NCBI GenBank assembly: GCA_963765625.1
Contig: CAVXXD010000005.1
Span: 322,008-386,007 of the forward strand
DNA from: an uncultured bacterium
GTDB lineage: Bacteria > Actinomycetota > Geothermincolia > Geothermincolales > Geothermincolaceae
Reading direction: 5' to 3'
DNA length: 64,000 nucleotides
A model generated the notes under the pieces. That model did no database searches. It was not told the DNA's origin and saw only the letters and a list, made by a program, of their open reading frames with translations. Below are positions 30,255 through 40,596 of the stretch, in pieces (the stretch's first letter is position 1; each line of letters begins with the position of its first letter). The position numbers and the translations under genes were made by a program.

Positions 30255-31316
30255 ATGAAGGTCGAGAAAGTAGTGGACGCCTGGGGCGGGCCGGGCGACA
30301 AGGACAGCGTCATCGTCCCCATCAAGCCCGAAGAGAACGCCCTCTACGCCCCCCAAGCCAAATTCTACGGCGAGTGGTGGTACTTCGACGCCCGCCTGGA
30401 CGACGGCCACGTGGTGGTGGGCTTCCTGCAGGCGGCCGAACTGATGACCCGCAAGCCCGGCATCGAGCTCCACGTCTACCGCCCCGACGGCGAGAAACTA
30501 TCCGAGGTGCGCAAGTTCGACAAATCAGAGTTCAATGCCTCAAAAGAAAAATGCGACGTCCGGGTGGGTGACAACTACTGCCGGGCCGAGTGGGCGGAGG
30601 GGTCGGACCTGCCGGTGCACGTCATGCACATCAAGGAAGGAGACCTGGAGGCCGACCTCAGGTTCGAGAGCGAGCTGCCGGGGTGGAAGCCGGGGCAGGG
30701 CCGCACCGACTACGGCGACCTGGGTTATTTCTTCTGGGTGGTGCCGGTCCCCCGCGCCCGAGTTAGCGGCACGGTGCGCATCGGCAACCAGGTCCTCGAA
30801 GCCAGGGGCACCGGCTACCACGACCACAACGTCATAACCGCCGACGCCCGGCGCATCATCTCCCACTGGTACTGGGGCCGCCTTTACACCGACGACTTCA
30901 CCCTGCTCTATGCCTACGTCAAGACCAAGAAGCGCTTCGGGGGAGTCGCCTCCAAGCCGCTGATGCTGGCCACCCGGGACCGCATCATCCTCTCCAGCGG
31001 GGAGATGGCCGTGACCGACTCCGGCTTCGTGTTCAACGACGTCGCCCACCGCGAGTACCCGCGGGCCCTGGAGTTGAAGATACCGGGGAACGTAACGCTC
31101 CGCTTCGACGTGAAGGAAGTCATCGACGCCCACGACCTGCTGGACGACATGCCCGGCTGGTTGATGAACCCGCTGACCCGCGCCCTGGTGCACAAGTTCG
31201 TGGGACGGCCGGGATGGTTCCGCTTCTCCTCAGGCTTCAAGCTGAAGGTCGAACACGAAGGCAGGACCTTCGAGGATGAAGGCGTCACCCTGCACGAGAT
31301 GGTGGCCTTGGAATAA
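30255..31316 (+). CDS. Lipocalin-like AttH/CrtC-family protein (carotenoid 1,2-hydratase-like)
   Basis: YGEWWYFDA motif typical of the AttH / hydroxyneurosporene-synthase N-terminal domain. About 350 aa. Confidence 0.45.
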   Translation: MKVEKVVDAWGGPGDKDSVIVPIKPEENALYAPQAKFYGEWWYFDARLDDGHVVVGFLQAAELMTRKPGIELHVYRPDGEKLSEVRKFDKSEFNASKEKCDVRVGDNYCRAEWAEGSDLPVHVMHIKEGDLEADLRFESELPGWKPGQGRTDYGDLGYFFWVVPVPRARVSGTVRIGNQVLEARGTGYHDHNVITADARRIISHWYWGRLYTDDFTLLYAYVKTKKRFGGVASKPLMLATRDRIILSSGEMAVTDSGFVFNDVAHREYPRALELKIPGNVTLRFDVKEVIDAHDLLDDMPGWLMNPLTRALVHKFVGRPGWFRFSSGFKLKVEHEGRTFEDEGVTLHEMVALE

Positions 31317-31331
31317 CCGCTTCCCCCAGGC

Positions 31332-32144
31332 TCAGTCGATGACGCTGTAGCTCTTGATGTGGCGGAGGGCCTCCTCCAGCATGGCGTTGCCGTCCGGCAC
31401 GGTCAACTCAATAGCCTTGCGCTTGCAGGTGCCGGCGCAGATACCGCAGCCCTTGCAGACGTCACCGATGACCGCCTTGCCGTCCCTTATCTCTATGGCC
31501 GAGGCGAAGCAGGCGTCCACACAGAGGCCGCAGCCGTTGCACTCGTCGTTGACCTCGATGCGCAGGCCGTCCAGTTTGTGCATGCGGTCCTTGACCGCCG
31601 GCGACCAGCGGGGCATGTTGCGCATGGCGATGCAGCAGCAGGTGCAGCAGAAGCAGAGGGTGAGGAAGTGCCTGGTGTCCTTGACTCCCAGCATCATGGG
31701 GTCGGGGTCGACCTTGCCGATCTGGGGGATGAGCCCCTGGCCGATGGCCCAGTCCATGTGGGCGATGGCCTCCTCCGGGGTTACCGCCCGCCCCACGCTG
31801 GGGTCAATATTCTTAGCCCCCTCCCCCATAAAGATGCATCCTATCTCCATGGGATAATCCTCGCAGTTACAGCCCACCCGGCAGAGGCAGATGGGCAGGA
31901 TCACCCGGTGGGCGGCCTGCCGGATGATCTCCTCCGCCACCTGGCGGGGCAGCACCGTCGACTCCCCCTGCCCGATGTCTTCGTTGATAGGCAGGAAGGT
32001 GACGTCGTAGTGGTCCTCGTTCAGGTAAAGCCCGAACCCGAAGCGCTTGCCGATAACCGGCCAGTTGGTAAGCCTGGACATGTAGTCCGTCACCGGCTGC
32101 CAGATAGGTATGAGCCAGAGTAGCCTTCTCCATTGACGTCCCAT
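31332..32144 (-). CDS. Fe-S protein with a C-terminal 4Fe-4S dicluster domain
   Basis: CNGCGLCVDAC and CKGCGICAGTC motifs, plus a Cys-rich CFCCTCCC segment. Confidence 0.45.
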   Translation of the reverse strand: MGRQWRRLLWLIPIWQPVTDYMSRLTNWPVIGKRFGFGLYLNEDHYDVTFLPINEDIGQGESTVLPRQVAEEIIRQAAHRVILPICLCRVGCNCEDYPMEIGCIFMGEGAKNIDPSVGRAVTPEEAIAHMDWAIGQGLIPQIGKVDPDPMMLGVKDTRHFLTLCFCCTCCCIAMRNMPRWSPAVKDRMHKLDGLRIEVNDECNGCGLCVDACFASAIEIRDGKAVIGDVCKGCGICAGTCKRKAIELTVPDGNAMLEEALRHIKSYSVID

Positions 32145-32234
32145 TAAATTACCTCCCCCACTTCAAACAAGCCTACACCAGATTGCAGGGACTATTCTAA
32201 CTGATTCACCGTCATTTTTAAAAAGAAGGCTGTG

Positions 32235-34649
32235 TCAGCCGGTGCGCTCGCGCAGGGCGGCCACCACGTCCATGCGGCTGGCCTTGCGGAAGTCCGGCAA
32301 CTGCATCAGCAGTACCAGGGCCAGCACCCCCGCGGCGGCAGCCACGTAGGTCGCTGGCTGCAGGTAGACCGGCATGCTCCAGTATTCGTTCTGCCACATC
32401 CCCATCATGTAGATGGACAGCAGGTATCCCAGGAGCAACCCCGGTACGATGGATGCTGCCCCCACCACCAGGTTCTCCACGGTCATAATGCCTCCCAGGC
32501 GGCGCACGCTGCACCCCATGGCCAGCATGGTGGATATCTCGCGCCGCCGCTCCAGGAAGGCGATGCTCACGGCGTTGTAGATGACCGCCATGGCCATGGC
32601 CAGGGCGAACAATATCATGACGCCGCAGAAGAGGTACATCATACCCATGTATTCCTCGCGGATGTTCTCCTCCGAGTAGGACGGCTGGACGACACTGGAG
32701 ACTGCCGCTCCGTCATAAGCGAGCAGCCGGCTCCGTAATTCTTTCCTGTCCAGCGCCGACCTGACCATCGCCCCGGTGGCCACCGCCTCCGTGCCGGGAT
32801 CGTAACCGAGCAGACCCGCCAGGTATTCCTGGCCGGCATAGACGTTCATCCCTCCCAGCTGTTCGACGAAACCCCGCACCGGCACCTGGATGGTCAAGCC
32901 CAGCAGGCTCTCCACTTCGATCAGGTCGCCTTCCTTCACACCCAGAGAGTCGCGGAAGGCGATGCTCGCCAGGGCTCCGTCCGGGGGCAGGTCCTGCAGC
33001 CGCATGTCCGAATCGTACAGGCGCAACAGTTCCTCGCCGGCCGGCAGGACGTCGAGCACTCCCTGCCCGATCACTTCGTCATCCCGGATGAAGCGGGCCG
33101 GGACCTGGGTCCGGGCTTCCGCCAGCTCCACACCGTCGATGGAGGTCAACCCTTCCACCTGCCGCAAGGTCACCGGCTCGGTGAAAGCGACTTCCGCGTC
33201 GTAGTTGATGTATTCGCTGAAGTGGAAATCGATGACGCGGTTCATGGAGTCCAGGCCACAGACGGCAACCAGGATCAGGGATATCGCGAAGATGAAGGTG
33301 ATGACGTTGAAGATGGTGCGCCGCCGGTTTCTTCCCAGGTTGCGCAGGGGCAGGGTGGCGGTGAGGGACATGTGCGCCAGGAAGGGCAGCGCCCGGTCCA
33401 GGACGCCCCGTCTCTGGTCCTTCTGATCCGCGGGCAACAGGTGGTGATGGTGCGCCCCGGCTTCATCGCCTTCGCCTTTGAGCACCTCGGCCGGCGTCTG
33501 CTTAAGCAGTTTCACCAGGGGGATCCAACCGGCCGCGACACAGATCAGCAGGGTGACCGCGCAACCCAGGGCCGCCGCGCCCCAGTCCATGCCCGCGGTG
33601 ACCAGGGGGATGCCCATGCTGTCCGCGTACATTTTGGTTATCTCCTGGGCGAGGAAATATCCCGCCACGATCCCGAGAAAGGAGCCCGCCGCCCATATCA
33701 TCAACGAGTATGAAAGATAGTGCAGAGCGATCTTGTCCCGGCTTCATACCGCAGGACATCATCGTCCCGATGGTCTTACGCTGGCTGAACACCAGCCGGG
33801 TGATGACCATGTAGAGGCTGAAAGCCGCCACTATCAGGAAGAGCAGAGGGAAGAATTCCGAGAGGTCCCTGAACATCTGTACGTCGATGTCCAGCAGCTC
33901 CCGCGCCGGGTGTTCGGACCCCAGCCCCGCGTAGGCCACGCTGCCCGGTGGCAGCGCCTCCTGGGCGGCGGCGAGCACGGCCTCCTGGTCAGCCCCTTCA
34001 CTGGTGTCGATACAATATTCGTTGACCTGCCCCGGCATGCCCATGGCCTCCTGCAGCCAGGCCTGGGGAACGAAGATGACGCCGTAGTTGTCCGCCGTGG
34101 CCAGGTATTCCGAACCTTCCGAGTAGAGCACGAAATACTCCGGGCTGGCTCCCACGCCCCTGACTTCGATCTCTCGCTCTCCCGCCGAAGTCTGGACGGC
34201 GACGACGGTCACCCGGTTCGAAGCCGTAGTATTCGTCCAGGTGGCTCTCTATGACGCCGGCAGCGCCGTCACCCGGCCGGAAGTAGTCCCCCTTCTTCAT
34301 GTAGAGGTCGTTGACCGGCGGGCGCCCCGCGGTGGGCAGGCCGATGAGGTGCACCTTGATCTCGGTACCGTCCGGCATGCGGCCCCCGGTGTCCACCACC
34401 AGGCGGCCCACCACCGCTTCCACGCCATCCAGGGCGGCCAGGCCGGCCACGCTGGAATCCGGAGCGAGAGTGGTGCGGATGAAGATGTCATTGTACTTGA
34501 GCTCCTCGCTGGTGCGCCGGTAAGACTGGTCCAGTCCCTTGTAGGAGAACCATATCGAGGTGTAGACGGTCATGCCCAGGAAGACCAGCAGGGCCACGGC
34601 GAAGTATCGCCCCTTTTCCCTGCGGATGTCCCGGGCAGCTTGCGATGGA
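32235..34649 (-). CDS. ABC transporter permease, FtsX/MacB-like; at least three frameshifts
   Basis: Three overlapping ORF pieces (33998..34597, 33502..34212 and 32235..33704) with the FtsX-like four-TM topology. The start is 8 bp downstream of the ATPase gene. Confidence 0.65.
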
Positions 34650-34666
34650 GGATGGCCATTATGCCG

Positions 34667-35395
34667 TCACCACCTGATATCCGCGGCTTCCTTGGGCGAG
34701 GGCACCTTGACCATGTCGGCGATCTCCCCCGAGTGCATGTGCACCACCAGGTCGGCCATGTCCGCCACGGCGGCGTTGTGGGTGACCAGCAGCACCGTCT
34801 TGTTGTGCTCGCGGTTGATGCGGCGCAGCAGTTCCAGGACCATCACCGCGCTGGCGTAGTCGAGTTCACCGGTGGGTTCGTCGCAGAGGAGCAACGGGGG
34901 GTTCTTGCTGACGGCCCGGGCTATGGCCACCCGCTGCTGCTCCCCGCCGGAGAGCTGGCCCGGGAGATGCCCGGCCCGCTCGGCCAGGCCCACGGAGGCC
35001 AGGGCTTCGCGGCTGGCCTGACGGGAGCTGCCACCGTTGCGGTTGCCGGCCAGCTCCACCGCGAAGGCCACGTTCTCCTCGGCCGTAAGGGTGGGGATTA
35101 GGTTGAAGAACTGGAAGACGAATCCTATGTCGTCCCTGCGGTACCCGTTGAGCTGGGCCCGCGGGAAGGAAGTTATTTCTTTCTCCCCGACCCTGATAGT
35201 GCCCGAGGTGGCATTGTCCAGGCCTCCGGCCAGGTTGAGCAGGGTGGTCTTGCCGGAGCCGCTCGGACCCAGTATGACCACGAAGGCCCCTTCCGGGACG
35301 GAGAGGTCTACTTCTTTCAAGGCAGTCACGGTGACCTCTCCCATGGGGTAAAGTTTGGATACCTTGTCGAATACGATGAAACCGCCGTTGTTCAT
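34667..35395 (-). CDS. ABC transporter ATP-binding protein (MacB/LolD-like)
   Basis: Walker [13 protein letters not shown] signature [14 protein letters not shown] and Walker B LLLCDEPT. Confidence 0.85.
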   Translation of the reverse strand: MNNGGFIVFDKVSKLYPMGEVTVTALKEVDLSVPEGAFVVILGPSGSGKTTLLNLAGGLDNATSGTIRVGEKEITSFPRAQLNGYRRDDIGFVFQFFNLIPTLTAEENVAFAVELAGNRNGGSSRQASREALASVGLAERAGHLPGQLSGGEQQRVAIARAVSKNPPLLLCDEPTGELDYASAVMVLELLRRINREHNKTVLLVTHNAAVADMADLVVHMHSGEIADMVKVPSPKEAADIRW

Positions 35396-35557
35396 AGCCC
35401 TTCCTCCCTGTTCTGTTGACGCTTCTCGCCGGAGCCGGTTCCGGCGTTGCCTCAAGAAGCAACTTCATTATGCTTAACGGCCATTCCCGGGTCAAGAAAG
35501 CAACCGCTGGAGCTGTGTTATGATGTGCGATAAAGGGCTGACCAAAGGGAGGAACGC

Positions 35558-36370
35558 ATGAAAGAACTCAACGGAAAAACGGTACTGATAACCGGTGCCG
35601 CCAGCGGCATCGGGCGGCAACTGGCGCACGCTTTTGCTGCCGAAGGTTCGCGCGTGGTGGCGGTGGACATCAACGAGGAAGGATGCCGGGCTACGGCGGC
35701 GGAACTGACCGGGGCATGCTCCTACGCCCTGGACGTCACCGACGCGGCCGCGGCGGTAGAACTGGCGAAGACGGTCGAGCGTGAAGTGGGACCCCTGGAT
35801 ATCCTGGTAAACTGCGCCGGCATTGTCTTCTTGAGCGAGATAGCGGACACATCCCTCGAGGAATGGCACCGCATCATCGACATAAACCTCATGGGGCCCA
35901 TCCACCTCATCAGCGCTTTTCTCCCCGGCATGTACGAGAGGCGGAGCGGCCACGTGGTCAACATATCGTCGGGGGCCGGCCTCTTCCCCCTGCCCACTCT
36001 GGGCGCCTACACCACTACCAAGTTCGCGCTTGTAGGCCTGGGCGAGACTCTCTACATGGAAGCCCGAGGCCACGGGGTGGGCGTGACCACCATCTGCCCC
36101 TGGGGGGTATTCACCCCCATCGTCCAGAACGTCCAGGTATTCGGCTACAGACAATCCAAGAGTGATCTCATCTTCCGGCTCGTCAAACCGTTCCTCAAGA
36201 CCCCTGAGCACATCGCGGACCGGGTGGTCAGGGCGGTCAAGAAAGAACGGCCTGTCTACATGCACACCGCTGTCGGGAGCTTCATGGACATCTGGCACCG
36301 CGTCTCCCGCCGTGCCTACCTGAGATTGGGAAGCCTGATCTACCGGCATGCGCAGCGCGTGCTGAGATAG
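35558..36370 (+). CDS. Short-chain dehydrogenase/reductase (SDR) family oxidoreductase
   Basis: TGAASGIGR cofactor motif and the YxxxK catalytic dyad (YTTTK). Confidence 0.8.
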   Translation: MKELNGKTVLITGAASGIGRQLAHAFAAEGSRVVAVDINEEGCRATAAELTGACSYALDVTDAAAAVELAKTVEREVGPLDILVNCAGIVFLSEIADTSLEEWHRIIDINLMGPIHLISAFLPGMYERRSGHVVNISSGAGLFPLPTLGAYTTTKFALVGLGETLYMEARGHGVGVTTICPWGVFTPIVQNVQVFGYRQSKSDLIFRLVKPFLKTPEHIADRVVRAVKKERPVYMHTAVGSFMDIWHRVSRRAYLRLGSLIYRHAQRVLR

Positions 36371-36384
36371 AGAAAAGCTCTTTC

Positions 36385-37569
36385 TCAGTAGCCGGGAACG
36401 CCCAGGGCGCGCAGGTTTTCCAGGGCAGTGCGGTCGTTGGGATAGAGCTCCAGGGCTTCCTGAAAATCGGCTGCCGCCGCCGCGGTATCCCCCATGGCCA
36501 GGTAGAGGAAGGCGCGTTCGTCGTAATACCTGAAGTATATGGGCGTGCCCAGGCTCATCGCTGTTCCGATGTCGAGCAGGGAAGCCTGGTAATCCCCCAT
36601 CTCCCTCAGGGCCATGCCGCGCCTCATATAGGCCCGGGGCGTATCCGGAAGCTTCTCGATGCCCTGGTCCAGGCAGGACAATCCTTCATCCGTCCGGCCC
36701 AGCATCACCAGCGCGTAGCCCATCGCGGGATAAATGTCCGCCAGGCCTTCTTGTATCGCCAGCGCCCTCTCGCAATCCAGCAGCGCTTGCTGGTAATCGC
36801 CCAGGTCACAGAAGACGATGGCCCTCCTCTCGAGGGCGTCGGTCGACTCCGGGTCCTGTTCCATAACCCGGTCGAAGTCGCGCAGGGCTGCTTCATATTC
36901 CTTGAGCGCGGTGTATACGGTGCCCCGTGTTGTGAGACAGGGACCGTGGTCCGGTTTGAGTAAGAGGGCCTGGTTTATGTCGGCCAACGACTCGTCAATC
37001 CTATTGAGCATGTAATTGGCTGCGCTCCGGTGGGCAAAGTACTCCCACTTGCTCTGATCGAACGAGATGGCCCTGGAGAAGTCCGTTAAGGCGCTTCGAT
37101 AAAACTCCAATGCCATATTGCATGCACCGCGGCCGGCAAAAAGATCTGCGTTTTCGCTGTCCAGGCTGATTGCCTGGTCGAATTTGACCAGGGCCCTGTC
37201 GTATTCACCCTTCTTGTAAAGTGAAGCCCCCTGATCTGCCAGGGCAGCAGCTTCTTTCTCACCGGACTTGTCTTTCAGGTGGGGGTATGTAATCAAAATT
37301 AAAAAGGAGGCGGCAGCCAGTAAGCCGGCAACCAGCACCGTGATGAGTATAGTCACCTTGGCCTTTGACGCTTTAGCCGGCGGCGGAGGCAAAAGAGGGG
37401 CCTGGTAATACTGGTACTGGGGATACTGGTACTGGGGATACTGGTACTGGGGATACTGGTACTGGGGATACTGGTACTGGGGATACTGGTACTGAGCCGG
37501 AGGGTTCCCGCAGGACGGGCAGGCCGGCGCGCCCTCCGGCATCTCCTTCCCGCACTTTATGCAGTACAT
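36385..37569 (-). CDS. Zinc-ribbon / TPR-repeat membrane protein with a (YQYPQ)n low-complexity linker
   Basis: N-terminal CIKCG...CPSCG zinc ribbon, a YQYPQ-repeat linker, one TM helix, then at least seven TPR motifs. Confidence 0.7.
   Translation of the reverse strand: MYCIKCGKEMPEGAPACPSCGNPPAQYQYPQYQYPQYQYPQYQYPQYQYPQYQYYQAPLLPPPPAKASKAKVTILITVLVAGLLAAASFLILITYPHLKDKSGEKEAAALADQGASLYKKGEYDRALVKFDQAISLDSENADLFAGRGACNMALEFYRSALTDFSRAISFDQSKWEYFAHRSAANYMLNRIDESLADINQALLLKPDHGPCLTTRGTVYTALKEYEAALRDFDRVMEQDPESTDALERRAIVFCDLGDYQQALLDCERALAIQEGLADIYPAMGYALVMLGRTDEGLSCLDQGIEKLPDTPRAYMRRGMALREMGDYQASLLDIGTAMSLGTPIYFRYYDERAFLYLAMGDTAAAAADFQEALELYPNDRTALENLRALGVPGY
37402..37497. repeat. Perfect 15-bp tandem repeat, about six units, inside the zinc-ribbon/TPR gene
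   Basis: The unit atactggtactgggg occurs five times in perfect tandem, flanked by degenerate units. Each unit is in frame and encodes five amino acids. Confidence 0.8.
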
Positions 37570-37582
37570 TTGTCGGCTTTCT

Positions 37583-39001
37583 CTACCCGGCGGGGTGGTT
37601 CGACTTCATCAGCTTTACCAGGGCCTCGGCTGAGGCCACGGCCTGCTCGGTGCCGATGCCGCGGGCTCCCGCGTCCACTCCCACCAGGTAGAGGGCGCTT
37701 ACCGGGGTCTCCTGGGAAGGCTTCTTCTTCCCCACCTGCCCCGGCGACTGCGAGAGAGCGATGGCACTGGTGTTATCCAGCCCCGAGGCGGCCTGTATCA
37801 TGCTTTTCGTCACCACCTCGGTCGAGGTCACGTGCTTCTCCATCTCCGGGTAAATATCGTACAGCTTCTTTTTAACCATCTCGGCGATGGCTTGCTCGAT
37901 CTCGGGAGACGCGCCCTGGGGGCACGCCGTGGCGGCGATGATCAGCTGGCGCCCCGCGGGTACGATGTCGCCATCCCAGAGGTCGATCACCGGCATGAAC
38001 AGCCAGGAGTCCGAGGGCAGGCTGCCGTCCTCGAGATGGTCGAACATCTTCGCCGAAGAGAGGTTCGGGATATAAACCATAAAGGGGTCCTTGAGCACTT
38101 TGCTGTCGAGAAAGAAGCGGACGATCACCGCCGTCTCGGAGTAGTCCAGGCCGGCTGCGAACCTGGCGTAATCGGCCCCCACGGCCTCCTCCCCGGCCAG
38201 CCTTACGGTTACGGGTATGCCGGCGTTGGATATCACCACGTCGGCGGCGATGTCACCGGACGGTGTGCGGACGCCGGTGGCCCGGCCGTTCTCGACCAGT
38301 ATCTTCTGCACCGGCGTGTTCAACCGCACGGTGCCGCCGAACTTCTCCAGGCCGCGGCGGAAGGCCGCCGCGATGGAGCCGGTGGAACCCTTGATGTAAC
38401 CGAAGTCGGCCGCGTTGAACATCTCGCGGAAGCACCAGACGAACTCCCCCGCCGAGGCGCGATGGTAAGGGATGCCGAAGTACATGCTGGAGAGGATGTT
38501 CATGAAACGGTGGAGCTGTTCGTCCCGGGTGTAACCGCTCAGGAAGTCCTTCAAAGTGACGTCGTCCTTCGACTCGCAGAAAGCGTCGTCCGCGCGCAAC
38601 ATGTCCCGGAAGAGGCGGAACCCGCCCCAGAAGTTGACCGGTTTGATGCCCAGGTTCATGGCCATCCGCGCGCGCGTGATGAGAGGGCTGATGTCCAGCC
38701 GCTGGGTATAACGGTGATACTTGCCCCCTAGCCCGTCCACCACCAGCGAAGCCGGGTCATGGGAGATAAAGGTCAGCTCCTCACCCAACTCCCTGGCCAC
38801 CCTGGTATGCGGGCCTTTGCCCCCCATGGGGAAGGCGTGCGTGAAGTTGTCTATGACGTACCCGTCCCGCTCGGTCGAGCTGCACCTGCCCCCGATGAAA
38901 GAGTTGCGCTCAAGCACCTCTACCTCGTAGCCGGCTTTGGCGAGAAGGGCGCCGCAAGCCAGCCCGCCCACGCCTGCACCGATGACCACTACCTTGGACA
39001 T
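37583..39001 (-). CDS. Phytoene-desaturase-family (CrtI-like) FAD-dependent oxidoreductase
   Basis: N-terminal VVIGAGVGGLACGALLAKAGYEVEVLE...GGR motif. 472 aa. Confidence 0.7.
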   Translation of the reverse strand: MSKVVVIGAGVGGLACGALLAKAGYEVEVLERNSFIGGRCSSTERDGYVIDNFTHAFPMGGKGPHTRVARELGEELTFISHDPASLVVDGLGGKYHRYTQRLDISPLITRARMAMNLGIKPVNFWGGFRLFRDMLRADDAFCESKDDVTLKDFLSGYTRDEQLHRFMNILSSMYFGIPYHRASAGEFVWCFREMFNAADFGYIKGSTGSIAAAFRRGLEKFGGTVRLNTPVQKILVENGRATGVRTPSGDIAADVVISNAGIPVTVRLAGEEAVGADYARFAAGLDYSETAVIVRFFLDSKVLKDPFMVYIPNLSSAKMFDHLEDGSLPSDSWLFMPVIDLWDGDIVPAGRQLIIAATACPQGASPEIEQAIAEMVKKKLYDIYPEMEKHVTSTEVVTKSMIQAASGLDNTSAIALSQSPGQVGKKKPSQETPVSALYLVGVDAGARGIGTEQAVASAEALVKLMKSNHPAG

Positions 39002-39093
39002 GTCCTACCTCCCTGCTAGATGGGGCGCCGCACACCGGGCGCCATTCCCTTGAGGACATTCTAAGTGAGGAAGCGGGCACAAGCCAACCGCAT

Positions 39094-39180
39094 GGGGTCA
39101 GGTCTATCGTTTACTATTTCCATCCAGAATTTACCATTACCAGAATATGGTAAGAAATAATAAACGATAGACCTGACCCC
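39094..39180. repeat. Palindromic repeat element, family A copy 2
   Basis: 87 bp, GGGGTCAGGTCTATCGTT...AACGATAGACCTGACCCC. Lies between the stop of 39182..40474 and the start of the CrtI-like gene. Confidence 0.7.
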
Positions 39181-39181
39181 A

Positions 39182-40474
39182 TTAACGGGCGATGAGCGGG
39201 GGGATGCGGGCGGAGGTGCGGTGGAGGCGGGCCAGGAGCAGGAGCCAGGCGGATTCCCAGGGGGGCAGAGGGGCCATCCTGATGGGGTTGACCTTGCTCA
39301 GGGCAGCCAGGGATGCGATGATGTCGCGGAGGTTGTTACAGCCATCGACCCGGCGCACGTTGCGCTTGCCCAGCCGGCCGGCCAGTAAGGTGTAGGCTTC
39401 CTGTGAAGCGCAATCGCCCACGGTCAAGGCCTTGCCGCTTATCGACGCCAGGGTCCCGGGAGACCAGCCCTTTCCCATGAGAATGCTGAAGTCTCCTCCC
39501 CCCGCGAAGTCGACGTAGAGCATCTGCAGCACCGCCAGGGTATTCAGCCAGCAACCCTCGGGACAGCATCTCTCTTCTCCCTTTAGCAGCTTCACATAAG
39601 GTGGGAAAACGTCGAGCATCTCCCAGGTGTAGTTACGGAGGTAGGGCTGGAGGTCGCCAATTACTTCAATCTTCTCCAGGTCGATCTCACCCCAGCCGTC
39701 CTCCGCTGCCAGGGTCAGGTGCTCTATCTCGCGAGGGTCGACGCCCATGACGTGCGATCCCACCGCGTCCGCGGCGACGGTGTCGTCGCTCCCGATAAAG
39801 ACACCCAGCTTCTCCACGCACCGGTCCTGCAAGCCTTCCGGGGCATGATGGCCGTGGTTGAAGGCGTAAAGGCCCTCGATCAGGGTGAAGTCGGGCCTTA
39901 CCACGCTCATGATGTCCGCCAGCTTGCGGTGTAGCTTCCAGTTGTGGTCGCGTATGCGGTCGGCCTGCGTCACCAGGCCGAACTGGTTCTTTACCCCCAG
40001 GGTCACCTGGGCCATGAGGTGCATCTTCAGCTTGGGCATGTTCAGGTAAAAGACGTCGCCGCGGCCGTCAATGAGCCTGTCCCTGACCCAGGCGGAGACG
40101 CGCACGATGTCTCCCAGGCGGGGCAGGACCACCGGCAACTGGGGGCCTTCGTCCAGGTAGACGGGGATGGCCCCTTCCTGTTTAGCTGCCTTCTCCAGGC
40201 CGGAGACCCGGAAGACCAGGCGGGTGAAGTTTCCCTGGGTGCAGTTCTCGATGACGTATACCCGCCGGGCGCCGCCTTTTTTCAGGACGCGGATGACGGC
40301 GCGGAGGGCGTCGGGGTGGGTAAAGGTGTTGGGTTTGAAGTCGACGGCGTTGACCTTGATGTGAACCTCTTCGCGGCCCGCGAGCAATGTCGCGACTCCG
40401 CCGAACGGTGCGAAGACCTCCTCCACCGCCCGGTCAAGGCCGGCATCCGCCGCAGCCACCGCCACCTTGCTCAT
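39182..40474 (-). CDS. Conserved hypothetical protein (possibly DUF362-like)
   Basis: 430-aa ORF containing CCPEGC. The family assignment is tentative. Confidence 0.4.
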   Translation of the reverse strand: MSKVAVAAADAGLDRAVEEVFAPFGGVATLLAGREEVHIKVNAVDFKPNTFTHPDALRAVIRVLKKGGARRVYVIENCTQGNFTRLVFRVSGLEKAAKQEGAIPVYLDEGPQLPVVLPRLGDIVRVSAWVRDRLIDGRGDVFYLNMPKLKMHLMAQVTLGVKNQFGLVTQADRIRDHNWKLHRKLADIMSVVRPDFTLIEGLYAFNHGHHAPEGLQDRCVEKLGVFIGSDDTVAADAVGSHVMGVDPREIEHLTLAAEDGWGEIDLEKIEVIGDLQPYLRNYTWEMLDVFPPYVKLLKGEERCCPEGCWLNTLAVLQMLYVDFAGGGDFSILMGKGWSPGTLASISGKALTVGDCASQEAYTLLAGRLGKRNVRRVDGCNNLRDIIASLAALSKVNPIRMAPLPPWESAWLLLLARLHRTSARIPPLIAR

Positions 40475-40487
40475 AACGCCTCCGTAG

Positions 40488-40587
40488 GAAATTTGGGGTC
40501 AGACCCCTTCTCCACTTTCCCTGACGTTGATCATATATCAAAGCCTAAAAAGGGAGAAAGTGGAGAAGGGGTCTGACCCCAAATTTC
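40488..40587. repeat. Palindromic repeat element, family B copy 1 (GGAAATTTGGGGTCAGACCCCTTCTCCACTTTCCC ... reverse complement)
   Basis: About 35-bp inverted-repeat arms around a 30-bp AT-rich loop. Shares the GGGGTCAG terminus with family A. Confidence 0.7.
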
Positions 40588-40596
40588 CCAACCCCG

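Noticed and set aside
37373-37555. ORF 37373..37555(-) encoding (SPVPV)n
   Set aside because: This is the alternative frame of the 15-bp tandem repeat. The in-frame product of the real gene is (YQYPQ)n.
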